Shown here piece after piece: positions 40,082-50,612 of a DNA stretch of 64,000 nucleotides. Position 1 is the stretch's first letter. The number at the start of each line of letters is the position of its first letter. The position numbers and the translations under genes are program-made. A model generated the notes under the pieces. It ran no database searches. It saw only the letters and a program-made list of their open reading frames with translations, and was not told the DNA's origin. This DNA is from an uncultured Methanoregulaceae archaeon (GTDB taxonomy: Archaea; Halobacteriota; Methanomicrobia; Methanomicrobiales; Methanospirillaceae): positions 448,001 to 512,000 of the forward strand of contig CAWJAX010000005.1 of NCBI GenBank assembly GCA_963841015.1. Reading direction: 5' to 3'.

Positions 40082-40924
40082 TCACGGAATAATTTGTGGA
40101 ATAATTTCAAGATTAACTGAAAAATTTTTTACTGAATGGGTCAGCACTCCCAAACTGATGACATCGACGTCAATCTCTGCATATCGTTGGAGGGAACTCT
40201 CATCAATACCGCCAGAAAGTTCGATTATAACACGATCCCGCAAACCTTCGCTTTTCAAAACTCTGATTGTCCTGTTAATCTGACCCGGACTCATGTTGTC
40301 GAGCATAATGATATCTGCACCCGCTTTTGCCGCGGAAAGGGCATTTTCAGGTGTTTCTACTTCGATTTCAATTTTTTTATATGCTGAACCTTTTTTTGCG
40401 GCCAGAATAGCGTTTCTGAGTGGAACCAAAGCCAGATGATTGTCTTTGATAAGAATCCCGTCGCTTAAGTTCATACGGTGGGGATCGCCGCCTCCTATCT
40501 TTATCGCCTTTTTATCAAGAATCCGCAACCCCGGACATGTTTTTCGTGTACCTGCAACCCGGCAGCCTGGATTGACTGCTGATACGATATCGACATTCTT
40601 CCTTGTCTGTGTTGCAATGCCACTCATTCTTCCGATAATATTGAGGGCAGTCCGTTCAACAAGAAGTATCTTTTTTGCATCCCCCTTGAGTAAAAGGATC
40701 GAAGTATTCCGACAGACAGAATCCCCGTCTTTTACCAGATGAGTCACCTTCACCCCAAAATGGGAAAAAAGTGTGGATGCCTCTTCAATTCCGGCGATGA
40801 TTCCATCCTGTTCTGCCTTTATCTCTGCATTGCAGGTAATATCCGGTATGATTGCAGCAGAAGTAATATCCCCGGAGGGGGCATCCTCCTCAATGAACTT
40901 TAGCAGATAATCGAGCGCTACCAT
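40082..40924 (-). CDS. nadC: Quinolinate phosphoribosyltransferase
   Basis: GDITS, TRKT, HRMNLSD..LIKDNH, EIEVE, IMLDN. Confidence 0.96.
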   Translation of the reverse strand: MVALDYLLKFIEEDAPSGDITSAAIIPDITCNAEIKAEQDGIIAGIEEASTLFSHFGVKVTHLVKDGDSVCRNTSILLLKGDAKKILLVERTALNIIGRMSGIATQTRKNVDIVSAVNPGCRVAGTRKTCPGLRILDKKAIKIGGGDPHRMNLSDGILIKDNHLALVPLRNAILAAKKGSAYKKIEIEVETPENALSAAKAGADIIMLDNMSPGQINRTIRVLKSEGLRDRVIIELSGGIDESSLQRYAEIDVDVISLGVLTHSVKNFSVNLEIIPQIIP

Positions 40925-40948
40925 ACCAGCTTCACCTGATGTATTGCA

Positions 40949-41707
40949 TCATGTTCCTATGATTATTGGGTCACTAAGATTATTGAGCAGCGAGAGGATG
41001 GACAGCGCAGCAAGGTAGCTTGTTGCCGGATTACCAGGGCTGGGAACATTTGTTACTTTAATGTAGGTATCCCCAAAATCTCCTTCAACGAAAACTTCGT
41101 GGACGTTTCGGTCGACTGAAGGGTCAACCCAGAGCTCCACATCCGTATCATGTCCGGCTGCAAGACTCATAGCGACTGATACATTGACATTTTTGGGAAA
41201 TGCTTTGATGCATTCGTTTGCTTTTCCTGAAAATATCAATCTCCGTGTATCAGCAGTAATACCCAGAGAAGCAGGACTTTTTGTGGTTCTCAGAAGTAAC
41301 TTTGTAATTTCTGAAATTTTTCCTATCTTGAGGTTATCAAGGCCAAATATCGCACCGCTGGGGATGTGAATTTTCTGTCCATATCTTTTAGCCAGTTCCC
41401 TGATCTCGTCCTGGAAGACCGAATCGGAAAGCGCACCAACACTCATGATCACGAGATCTTTTTTGTGGGATAAAACACGTCCTGCATAGATTTTAACGGC
41501 ATTGACAGATGCTGCTTCCACAACAATATCGATATCAGATGTAATAAATGACTCAAAATCATCATATGCATGTGCACCGGAAATCCTTGCGATCTCTTGT
41601 GCCCGCTCTGATACCTTATCATAGACCGATGAGATTTCGAAACCACCCCCATGCTGTGCGATGATATGTCCGATATTACCACAGCCAAGCAGCCCGATTC
41701 TCATCAT
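40949..41707 (-). CDS. nadX: L-aspartate dehydrogenase
   Basis: GCGNIG, SVGAL, PSGAIFGLD, FPKNVNV, NPATSYLA. Confidence 0.94.
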   Translation of the reverse strand: MMRIGLLGCGNIGHIIAQHGGGFEISSVYDKVSERAQEIARISGAHAYDDFESFITSDIDIVVEAASVNAVKIYAGRVLSHKKDLVIMSVGALSDSVFQDEIRELAKRYGQKIHIPSGAIFGLDNLKIGKISEITKLLLRTTKSPASLGITADTRRLIFSGKANECIKAFPKNVNVSVAMSLAAGHDTDVELWVDPSVDRNVHEVFVEGDFGDTYIKVTNVPSPGNPATSYLAALSILSLLNNLSDPIIIGT

Positions 41708-41887
41708 GATAAACAGATTATGGGTGTTATTGGTTAAGTGTTGTGCTCACGGGATGAGATACACCGGAAATTTCAGGTATAATTGAATTATCACCTGACT
41801 TTTCATACATTTCGGTTGTCTTCCGTTTTTATTAGTTTAAGACTATTTATTGGAGCTCGTTCAATAGATCCGGTGGTGCTGAAAAGA

Positions 41888-43153
41888 GTGGGAGAAACAC
41901 CAGAAATCAGGTGCGGAAAAAATGCTGACTTTCAGATTTTTGAAACGTTTCGTGACCGGAGCGTCTACATCGAAACGTATGGGTGCCGCTATAACTTTGG
42001 TGATACAGCAAAACTTATCGAGATTCTAAAGGACAAAGGAAGTACTTTTGTCGATTCAGCTGAAGCGGCAGACGCAGTAATCATAAATACCTGCACAGTT
42101 GTCGGACCAACAGAGAGACGCATGCTCAGAAGGCTTTCAAGGTATAGGGATTATGAGCTCTATGTGACAGGATGCATGCCGGAAGTGCAGCGCGATGCAA
42201 TTTTTGCGGTGTGCACGCCAACCCTCCTCCCTTCTGAAACAATTCACAAGGCATACCAGGATGTCAGAACAGTCAGTGGTGGGGGTCTGGCGATTGTTCA
42301 GGTGGCTCAGGGATGTTTGGGCAGGTGCACGTACTGTCTTACCCGGTTCGCTCGCGGACGTCTGAAAAGTTTTCCTGAAGAAGAAATCCGGGCAGAGATA
42401 ATGAATCATGCAAATGCCGGAACACCGGAGATCCAGATTACTGCACAGGATACAGGTTGCTGGGGAAAGGATATCGGAAAATCACTTCCTGATCTTTTAA
42501 ATGGTATCGGGGATCTGCCAGGACGGTTTATGATCCGGGTGGGGATGATGAATCCCGCAACCGTGAAAGGAATTCTTGACGATCTTGTAGATGCTTATGC
42601 CAGTGACCGTATTTTCAAATTCGTTCATCTACCCGTTCAGTCCGGATCAGACACTATACTTGAACGGATGGGGAGAGGGTATACGATTGCAGATTTTGAA
42701 GAGATTGTTGCTGCGTTTAAGAAACGGTATCCAAAAATTACTATTGCCACAGACATGATTGTCGGGTTTCCCGGTGAAACAGAAGAAGACTTTTCAGAGT
42801 CGCTAAAACTGATAGAGAGGGTTCGCCCGAACAAAGTAAATATCACCCGGTATTCACCGCGTCCTTATACACCCCTCTCTTTAAAAGAAGACTTTCCTGA
42901 GTGGGTTAAGAAGGATCGTTCACGAACCATGAATTCCTTATCGGAAAAGATCTACGCATCGATCAACGCCAACTGTCTTGAAAAACCGGTGCCTTTTCTG
43001 GTGACAGAAACGATCAAAAAGGGATCGGTAATGGCCAGATCGCCCAATTATGAGGGAATTGTAATTAATGAGGATCTTCCTGTTGGATACGAGGGTCAGG
43101 CAATCCTGAAAAAAGACCGGAAGTATTTCTTTATAGGGCAACGGGTCAGGTGA
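41888..43153 (+). CDS. tRNA methylthiotransferase, MiaB/MtaB family (likely t6A37-specific)
   Basis: ETYGC, NTCTV, CLGRCTYC radical SAM motif, HLPVQSG, IVGFPGET; start uncertain. Confidence 0.9.
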   Translation: MGETPEIRCGKNADFQIFETFRDRSVYIETYGCRYNFGDTAKLIEILKDKGSTFVDSAEAADAVIINTCTVVGPTERRMLRRLSRYRDYELYVTGCMPEVQRDAIFAVCTPTLLPSETIHKAYQDVRTVSGGGLAIVQVAQGCLGRCTYCLTRFARGRLKSFPEEEIRAEIMNHANAGTPEIQITAQDTGCWGKDIGKSLPDLLNGIGDLPGRFMIRVGMMNPATVKGILDDLVDAYASDRIFKFVHLPVQSGSDTILERMGRGYTIADFEEIVAAFKKRYPKITIATDMIVGFPGETEEDFSESLKLIERVRPNKVNITRYSPRPYTPLSLKEDFPEWVKKDRSRTMNSLSEKIYASINANCLEKPVPFLVTETIKKGSVMARSPNYEGIVINEDLPVGYEGQAILKKDRKYFFIGQRVR

Positions 43154-43382
43154 TATCCAAATCTCTGTATTCTCAAGCTGGCGGAGTCGTAGTATGAAGC
43201 GATACCTCATTTCTTTTAAAGCATAAACTCCTTCAAGCACGCCTGGGGATAATATTACCACTTCTCCTCCATTAAAAAACCTCCTCCAAAGATGGATCCT
43301 GCCGTGGCTCACTTAAAAACGAGCGGATTTATACCTCCGGAATAACCACTCCTTAATGTAACCGCTGTGTAATGGTGAAGTC

Positions 43383-43916
43383 ATGGATGAAATAGAAGCT
43401 GGATTAAAAAAACTGGAGCAGAAGATACAAGATCTGCAGGAAAAAAGCGATTCGCTCTCACAGGAGATCAGGGACCATGACACAGAACTCCTTGCCCGGA
43501 TGGCCAAATCCACGGTTCCGGTTGTCAAGGTTGTCGGTCTGAATATGCTGAGAAAGGGTAAGCAGGATACCAAGGGAGAAATCTACGATCCCGCCTATTA
43601 CCCGCAAAAGATGATCATTCTTGGGAAGGCTGCAGAGGCCGCAGCATTCCGGCCGGACAACCCCCAGATGCCGGTCACCGACCAGTTCTGCGTGATGTCT
43701 GAAGAAGGAAAATTTTTTGAACTTATGTACAGTTTTGATGGGTTTCTTACCGACTCATACCTTAATCCTATTGATGCCAGAACTGCAATCGAGCACTACG
43801 GGTATGATATTATGTTCATGCTTTACCGCGCAATGCACGATTACCTGAAAGGAGAAGAAGCGCTGGTTGAAGCACTTGAAAAAGTGATGGGGTATATCTT
43901 TGCAAAAGAACGATAA
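43383..43916 (+). CDS. Hypothetical protein with N-terminal coiled coil
   Basis: 177-aa ORF, host-like codon usage, GGTGA SD, downstream T-tract. Confidence 0.8.
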   Translation: MDEIEAGLKKLEQKIQDLQEKSDSLSQEIRDHDTELLARMAKSTVPVVKVVGLNMLRKGKQDTKGEIYDPAYYPQKMIILGKAAEAAAFRPDNPQMPVTDQFCVMSEEGKFFELMYSFDGFLTDSYLNPIDARTAIEHYGYDIMFMLYRAMHDYLKGEEALVEALEKVMGYIFAKER

Positions 43917-44143
43917 CCGGTAATTTTTTTTCTTTTTCCCTATTTTGGCGAATAAGATTGTGGCTGATGATTGCCGGTTTTTCTGGTTGAAATGGCCCTC
44001 ATAATGAAAGATAGTATTTCCAGGACAAAGTGAAGAGACTCGTTAAAAAAAACCTGCGGACAGTATCTCCCCTGGTGGAAACGAAAACGTGATCTTGCAG
44101 AGAACCGTGCAGAGAAAGTAAAAAAACTACCGGAATATCGTGG

Positions 44144-44218
44144 ATGGGCCCGATGTGATTCGAACACATGACCTCCCGGTTATCAGCCGGGCGCACCACC
44201 GGGCTATGCTACGGGCCC
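44144..44218 (-). tRNA. tRNA-Ile(GAT)
   Basis: Reverse complement folds as a cloverleaf with CCCGG-CTGATAA-CCGGG. Confidence 0.96.
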
Positions 44219-44355
44219 AAAAGTTTGCCTGAAATTTACCTTATTTACTACTCCACCAGAGTTTTTATAAGTTGTGAACCGGCAGAATGACATGATGATA
44301 CATTCAGATAGGGATATGTGTAGAAAAGCCACGGTATTAGTACGGGACTGAGATC

Positions 44356-46125
44356 ATGGGACGTAAATATCTCCTCGGGAATGAAGCGATCGCCCACGCA
44401 TGTGTTGAGTCCGGTGTGGATTTTGTAAGTGGTTACCCTGGCACACCCTCATCTGAAGTGATCGACGTGCTTCGTGTACAACCTGACCGCTCATACTATG
44501 TTGAATGGTCGGTCAACGAAAAGGTGGCATTGGAAAACGCTCTCGCTGCAGCATGGTGCGGTGTCCGTTCACTCTGCACTATGAAACACGTAGGACTCAA
44601 TGTTGCCGCAGATCCACTGATGACAAGTGCCTATACGGGTGTCACTGGAGGCCTCGTAATAATGAGTGCTGATGATCCGTTCGCCCACAGTTCGCAGAAC
44701 GAACAGGATACGCGGTGCTATGCACATTTCTCACGGATACCGTGTCTCGATCCTGCAAGTATTCAGGAAGCACATGACATGATACCGGAAGCATTCGGGC
44801 TTTCCGAGGAATTTGGGCTGCCCGTTCTCTTCCGCCCCACGACACGTATATGTCACTCGAAGGGTGATGTGCTGCTGGGTGAGCCGGTTGCAGGTCTGCG
44901 AAAAGGTGAGTTTCAAAAAGATCCGCGTCAGTATGTTGTCATTCCGGCGCATACCCGCATCCTGCATAAGAAACTTAATGAGAAGCAGTCTGCGATAAGG
45001 AAGAAGTTGGTTGAACGGGGATTCAACCATTACAAAATACGGGGAAAGACCGCAATCATCGCGAGCGGGATTGGCTCCACCTATGTGCAGGAGTTATTAC
45101 CGGAAGGTGTATCGTTTATGAAAATCGGGGCGTACCCGATAGATGAAGAATGGCTTGGGGATTTTGTAAAAAACCATGAAAAAGTGCTGGTGATTGAAGA
45201 ACTTGCACCAGAAGTGGAAGAGGTTGTACTCCAGGTCGCTGGCTGTGTCCCGGTATTTGGGAAAAAGAATGGGTACGCACCGTACGAAGGTGAGTTATCT
45301 CTCCCGGCGGTCGCGGGGATCATGGAAAAAGCGGGATTTTTGCCAAAAAATCCATTCGCGCAGATTGATCCCATTCAAAACCTTCCCCCCCGCCCCCCGA
45401 TTCTTTGTGCCGGCTGCCTGCACCGCGGTGTGTTCTATGCGATAAAAAAAGTATTCAGGGATGCTGTATATCCCAGTGACATTGGTTGTTATACACTCGG
45501 GCTCCAGCTTGGAGTTGTTGATACTGCTGTCTGTATGGGCGCGTCGATAACAGTGGCAAGCGGCATTTCTCATGCCGGTGATACCCATGATATTGTCTGT
45601 ACGATTGGGGACTCTACATTCCTGCATACAGGAATCCAGGGTTTAATGAACGCAGTTTATAATGGAGCAAACATTACCGTTGTGATTCTGGATAACCGGG
45701 TCACTGCTATGACCGGTCACCAGCCGAACCCTAATACCGGGGTGACCGCAGGTGGCGTGGAGAGTCCTCCGGTATCCCTTGATGCAATTTGCCGGGCATC
45801 TGGTGTCAGTTTTGTCGAGAGTATTGACCCGTACGATATTACCGGCATGGTTAACCTGTTCCAGGAAGCGAAAAAACGGAAGGGTGTAAAGGTCATCATC
45901 GCAAAACAGATGTGTGTTATATCAGCGCGTCGTGCCGGGGTGAAACGCGGGAGATACAGGGTCAATCCTGAGATATGTACCGGTTGCGGGACCTGCGTCC
46001 GGTTTGGATGCCCTGCCATTGAATTTGAGGATGAAAAAGCCCGGATTAATGAATTGTGCAGCGGTTGCGCGGTATGCGTTGATCTCTGTCCTGTCGGGGC
46101 AATTGTGAGGGAGGGGAAGAAATGA
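44356..46125 (+). CDS. iorA: Indolepyruvate:ferredoxin oxidoreductase alpha subunit
   Basis: GNEAIA, YPGTPSSE, MKHVGLNVA, SDIGCY, GDSTF; C-terminal ferredoxin. Confidence 0.96.
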   Translation: MGRKYLLGNEAIAHACVESGVDFVSGYPGTPSSEVIDVLRVQPDRSYYVEWSVNEKVALENALAAAWCGVRSLCTMKHVGLNVAADPLMTSAYTGVTGGLVIMSADDPFAHSSQNEQDTRCYAHFSRIPCLDPASIQEAHDMIPEAFGLSEEFGLPVLFRPTTRICHSKGDVLLGEPVAGLRKGEFQKDPRQYVVIPAHTRILHKKLNEKQSAIRKKLVERGFNHYKIRGKTAIIASGIGSTYVQELLPEGVSFMKIGAYPIDEEWLGDFVKNHEKVLVIEELAPEVEEVVLQVAGCVPVFGKKNGYAPYEGELSLPAVAGIMEKAGFLPKNPFAQIDPIQNLPPRPPILCAGCLHRGVFYAIKKVFRDAVYPSDIGCYTLGLQLGVVDTAVCMGASITVASGISHAGDTHDIVCTIGDSTFLHTGIQGLMNAVYNGANITVVILDNRVTAMTGHQPNPNTGVTAGGVESPPVSLDAICRASGVSFVESIDPYDITGMVNLFQEAKKRKGVKVIIAKQMCVISARRAGVKRGRYRVNPEICTGCGTCVRFGCPAIEFEDEKARINELCSGCAVCVDLCPVGAIVREGKK

Positions 46126-46706
46126 CCCGAAGTTTTGATATCCTGATTGTCGGTATTGGTGGCCAGGGTACAATTCTTGCCTCAAACATTCTTGGCGAAG
46201 CATGCCTGATTGAAGGACGGCATGTGAAAGGGGCAGAGACACATGGCATGGCACAACGTGGGGGGTCAGTCGAGAGTCATATACGGATTGACGGGCTGCT
46301 CGGACCGCTGATCCCCCCGGGGCAGGCTGATCTTTTAATCTCGTTTGATCTTCTCGAAGCACTCCGCTATTCCCATTACCTGAAAACAGGCGGAAAGATG
46401 GTGGTGAACCGGCATCTTGTTCTCCCGACATCAGTATATACACAAAAACTTGTGGTGCCCACGGAAGATGAGATCATATCATCATTGAAAAAACACCTGC
46501 TCTGCCTGCTTGATGCAGATAAACTGGCAGAAGAAGCAGGAAGTCCTCTCTCGCAAAACGTAGTTATGCTGGGTGCGGCATCGCAATCCATGCCCCTTAA
46601 ACCTGAATCACTTTTAACTGCAGTTAAGAATCTTGTTCCGAAAAAGACCATCGGAATTAATATAAAAGCTTTTGAGAACGGCAGGGAATTTGGCGGGACG
46701 TGCTGA
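46122..46706 (+). CDS. iorB: Indolepyruvate:ferredoxin oxidoreductase beta subunit
   Basis: GIGGQG, ETHGMAQRGGSV, NVVMLGA. Confidence 0.95.
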   Translation: MTRSFDILIVGIGGQGTILASNILGEACLIEGRHVKGAETHGMAQRGGSVESHIRIDGLLGPLIPPGQADLLISFDLLEALRYSHYLKTGGKMVVNRHLVLPTSVYTQKLVVPTEDEIISSLKKHLLCLLDADKLAEEAGSPLSQNVVMLGAASQSMPLKPESLLTAVKNLVPKKTIGINIKAFENGREFGGTC

Positions 46707-47434
46707 TGAAACGGAGGCTGGGTGCATTCGATCCTGATACCATTTACCCGGGTAATGCACTTGAGCTTATGCCGAAGATTCCCGATGGAGTGATTGATCT
46801 TATCGTCACTGACCCCCCCTTTGCGATTGACTTCAAAGCGCAACGGGGTAATTACAACCGTACCGGCTCCAACGTCATGGAAGGATATCAGGAAATCCCA
46901 GGAGCAGAGTACTCTGCATTTACTCAGAGATGGATGGCAGAAGCTGCACGGGTGCTTGCCCCCACCGGGAGCATGTATGTTTTTTCAGGCTGGAACCGGC
47001 TCCGGGATATCCTTGAAGGGCTTGATACAGCAGGTTTCACAACAATCAACCATCTCATCTGGAAATACCAGTTCGGTGTCTTCACGAAGAAAAAATACGT
47101 AACCAGTCATTATCACATCCTGTTTGTGGTAAAAGACCCGAAACGGTATACCTTCAATAAAATTGATCATTACCCGGAAGATGTGTGGGCAATCAACCGT
47201 GAATACTGGAAAGGAAAAAAGAAGACGCCAACCAAACTCCCCTCAGAGATTGTAAAAAAGATGCTTCTGTATTCAAGTAATGCCGGCGATCTGGTTTTTG
47301 ACCCGTTCCTTGGTTCAGGAACGGTAGCGATCGTTTCACAGCGGGAGGGGCGACGTTTCCTAGGGTTTGAAATCGTACCTGAATATTTTGCCTTTGCAAA
47401 TGAAACACTCTGTTCCCCCTCTAAAAAAGCGTGA
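46700..47434 (+). CDS. Orphan beta-class DNA methyltransferase (probably N6-adenine)
   Basis: TDPPF precedes DPFLGSG; no adjacent nuclease. Confidence 0.9.
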   Translation: MLMKRRLGAFDPDTIYPGNALELMPKIPDGVIDLIVTDPPFAIDFKAQRGNYNRTGSNVMEGYQEIPGAEYSAFTQRWMAEAARVLAPTGSMYVFSGWNRLRDILEGLDTAGFTTINHLIWKYQFGVFTKKKYVTSHYHILFVVKDPKRYTFNKIDHYPEDVWAINREYWKGKKKTPTKLPSEIVKKMLLYSSNAGDLVFDPFLGSGTVAIVSQREGRRFLGFEIVPEYFAFANETLCSPSKKA

Positions 47435-47458
47435 AAAAATAAGGAGACAATAATCAGA

Positions 47459-47542
47459 CGCTGAGGGGGGGAATTGAACCCCCGAGGCACTTTCGCACCA
47501 CAGGCTTTCCAGGCCTGCGCCCTACCGCTAGACTACCTCAGC
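47459..47542 (-). tRNA. tRNA-Ser(GGA)
   Basis: CAGGC-CTGGAAA-GCCTG anticodon arm and a long variable arm. Confidence 0.95.
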
Positions 47543-47554
47543 AAAAAGTGTATC

Positions 47555-48559
47555 CTATCTGTTAGACGGGTATTTTTTTAATGGTATCTTTTTTTCCGGT
47601 TTTGCATTCAGTGTTTTTTCTGGCATTTTTACCTTCCCTGATTTGGTCCAGCCGCGGGGATAGGTTCCCGGCGGCAGGAAAACGGTGGTAGGTGCGATTA
47701 CCAGTCCTGTATCCCCTGGTTTGAACGAATTGGATGGTACAAGTGCCCTGCCCAGGCAGATGAACTCTTTTTTCTTTGACAGAACCGCAACGGTCTGGTC
47801 TGGTTTAAACTCATCACAGCTGATTACTCCGACTCCTGCAAGCACCGCGCCGCGACAAATAGCATCAACAGCGGTGTCCCGGATAATAACCGTTGGGAGA
47901 TCGGGCACTGCTGAATCTACGGAGAGAATGATCGATGAGAGTGCACTACGATTCCCCTCTTTTACCGCATTACAGGCATCCTGAACATCGTGAAGTGTAT
48001 GCATGTCCTGTTCACTGAATGACCCCGACCGCGTTCGGCGAAGTTCCACCATGTGAGCACCTACCCCAAGAGCAAGACCCATGTGGTGGCAGAGTGAACG
48101 GATGTAGGTACCGGCATCGCAGTTGACGCGGAACAGGACAAGGCGCCCTTCAGTATCAATAACTTCAAGCTTATGGATGGTGCGGATTCGGAGGACGCGC
48201 TTGACTGCACTCTTTCGTGGAGGACGCTGATAGAGTCTTCCGGTGAACTCCGCGCTGATCTGTTCGATTCGGTTTTTGTCAATATCACCATGCAGCCGCA
48301 TCAGGCAGATATACTCTTTATCGTGCTGGAGGAGGAGCGGGGCAAGACGAACCGCGTTGCCGAGCATGATAAGAAGCAGACCAGAAACCTGCGGGTCCAG
48401 TGTTCCTGCATGACCCACCTGGCAGCCGAGCATCTTCCCCACCCATGCAGCTACCTGATGACTTGAGGGTCCTCTCGGCTTATCAATCACGATTATCCCG
48501 GCGTGGGTCCACAAATGGTGGGGATCATCCTTTTCAGCATCTCCGGTCATCCTGTTCAC
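47555..48559 (-). CDS. cbf5: H/ACA pseudouridine synthase Cbf5
   Basis: DKPRGPSSHQV, GHAGTLDP, GTYIR; PUA domain. Confidence 0.96.
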   Translation of the reverse strand: MNRMTGDAEKDDPHHLWTHAGIIVIDKPRGPSSHQVAAWVGKMLGCQVGHAGTLDPQVSGLLLIMLGNAVRLAPLLLQHDKEYICLMRLHGDIDKNRIEQISAEFTGRLYQRPPRKSAVKRVLRIRTIHKLEVIDTEGRLVLFRVNCDAGTYIRSLCHHMGLALGVGAHMVELRRTRSGSFSEQDMHTLHDVQDACNAVKEGNRSALSSIILSVDSAVPDLPTVIIRDTAVDAICRGAVLAGVGVISCDEFKPDQTVAVLSKKKEFICLGRALVPSNSFKPGDTGLVIAPTTVFLPPGTYPRGWTKSGKVKMPEKTLNAKPEKKIPLKKYPSNR

Positions 48560-49242
48560 TTCCTTTGACTGTTGAGATAATTGTTGAGTGCCATCATTGT
48601 TCCTTCGAGGGAACCATCCCCAACTACCGCCGGGTTCGTTCCCGCTGCCTGCATTGTCGCGGCGGTGATATCACCGATTGCTATCACCACAATATCCGTG
48701 TGCTTATTCCAAACCGCCTTTGTAAATGACATGGCGCTCGTGAAAAGGATCGCATCTGCATCTTTAAGAAACAGGGACTCTCCGGTAGGTTCAAGCCCGT
48801 AACAGCGGAATTCATGGGGAATGCCCCCTGCTGCAGTGATTGCATCAATAAGTGAGGGATTCGGCACATCAGCCCGCGGGATGCCAATATGTTTTCCCCT
48901 GATCCATTCTCCAAGGTAGGGCACAAAATCTCTTGAATAGAAACTGGTCAGAGTTTCACAATCGATCTCGTAGTGCTGAAGTTCTTTTGCAGTCTGCGGT
49001 CCGATTGCAATTACACGGGGGAACCTGTTCAGCAGCGGCGCGATGATCTTTGCCGGTAGTGCGCTGGTAAAGAAAAGACAGTCAAATTCACTTCGATCGA
49101 CTGCTTCAATGAATGCTGTAATTGCACTCGGTCTGATTTCCGAGCGCAGAGGGTGGACACTGTAGCAGATATGACCGAACTGTGAACAGCGTGCGACGTC
49201 GTTTTTTTCCTTCCCCGCCAGCCGGGTGACTGCGATCTTCAT
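48556..49242 (-). CDS. hemD: Uroporphyrinogen-III synthase
   Basis: IAVTR, FTSA (twice), AIGPQTA, AIGDITA. Confidence 0.85.
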   Translation of the reverse strand: MKIAVTRLAGKEKNDVARCSQFGHICYSVHPLRSEIRPSAITAFIEAVDRSEFDCLFFTSALPAKIIAPLLNRFPRVIAIGPQTAKELQHYEIDCETLTSFYSRDFVPYLGEWIRGKHIGIPRADVPNPSLIDAITAAGGIPHEFRCYGLEPTGESLFLKDADAILFTSAMSFTKAVWNKHTDIVVIAIGDITAATMQAAGTNPAVVGDGSLEGTMMALNNYLNSQRK

Positions 49243-49320
49243 TACGGATTCATCACCTCATTATGATATGATGGTATGCATTTCGGTGAATTTATGTTCA
49301 TTCTCCCACATCACTAGTGA

Positions 49321-50535
49321 ATGATCGAGATCCTGCTTGGTACTTTTATTGGGGTAATACTTGGTACCTTAAGCGGGATTATCCCTGGCGTCCATTCCAA
49401 CACCCTTGCCGGTGTTCTCCTAAGTTTACAGGTTGCATTCCTGTCTTTTTTCAGCCCCATCGTGCTTGCCGGTGCTATGTTCGCAGCCCTCATAACGCAC
49501 ACATTTGTGGACTCTATCCCCAGCACATTCCTGGGCATTCCGGATGCTGATACTTCACTTGCTGTACTCCCGGCCCATGCTCTCTGTCTTGAGGGGAATG
49601 GTGAGGAAGCGGTGAGGATTGCAGCACTTGGCAGTGCCTGTGCGATGGTCATAACTGTACCTCTTTCCATACTCTGTTTTTTCCTTCTCCCTGCTCTCCA
49701 GCCATATTTTGACTGGTGGATCGGCATTCTGTTGATTTCAACGATGGGGTATATGATCGTGACCAGTGAATGCCCCGGCTGGGCACTTGCACTATTCAGT
49801 GTATCCGGGATTCTGGGGATTTTTGCACTCCGCTACGCCTTCCTCAGCTGGCACACTCTCGCTGGAAGCAGTGCAATCCTTATGCCTCTTCTCACCGGGC
49901 TTTTTGGGATTTCTGTTCTCCTCACCGCATCGCAGGGAACAATGCCGGAACAGCATTTCCGGGGTATCCAAATGGAAGACAGGACCATAATGAAATATTC
50001 CGTGGTCGGTACATTTGCCGGAGTCGCAGTTGGCTGGCTTCCAGGACTCTCCACAGCCTCTGCAAACAGTGTGCTGGCGTCTCTTATCGGATATGAAAAG
50101 AACCGCCGGACATATATTCTTGCGACAAGTGCGGCGAACACCTCAAATGCGTTCATCGGCCTGGCTGCACTATTCGCACTGTCCCGGATGCGAAACGGCG
50201 TAATGGTTGCCCTATCAGAACTCCCGTTACCCACCATGAGTGAACTGACCATTATCGGCGTTCTTGCTGCCTGCGCTGCTTATGGTATTACTGTGGGATT
50301 GTCCCGCTCTGCGAGCAGGTTTAACGGGATTGACGGGAAATTGCTGAACCGTGCAGTTATCGTATTTATTATCCTCCTTTGCATCCTCCTCACGGGCCCG
50401 TTCGGGGTGGTTATTCTTATCCTGGCAACTGCTTTGGGACTCGTTCCGCATCTGGTAAATATTCCAAGGGTATTCTGCATGGGCGCGATCATCGCGCCGG
50501 TCATACTGTACTCTTTTGGAATAGCATGGATGTAA
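49321..50535 (+). CDS. TctA/DUF112 family membrane protein
   Basis: GIIPGVHSNT, IPSTFLGIP, LPAH; many TM segments. Confidence 0.88.
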   Translation: MIEILLGTFIGVILGTLSGIIPGVHSNTLAGVLLSLQVAFLSFFSPIVLAGAMFAALITHTFVDSIPSTFLGIPDADTSLAVLPAHALCLEGNGEEAVRIAALGSACAMVITVPLSILCFFLLPALQPYFDWWIGILLISTMGYMIVTSECPGWALALFSVSGILGIFALRYAFLSWHTLAGSSAILMPLLTGLFGISVLLTASQGTMPEQHFRGIQMEDRTIMKYSVVGTFAGVAVGWLPGLSTASANSVLASLIGYEKNRRTYILATSAANTSNAFIGLAALFALSRMRNGVMVALSELPLPTMSELTIIGVLAACAAYGITVGLSRSASRFNGIDGKLLNRAVIVFIILLCILLTGPFGVVILILATALGLVPHLVNIPRVFCMGAIIAPVILYSFGIAWM

Positions 50536-50612
50536 TCGGTTGATTAGTTCTGCATTTTCCAACACTCGGTGATCTATGGTTTTATACGGCCACAAACCCT
50601 AAATTTTCTCTG

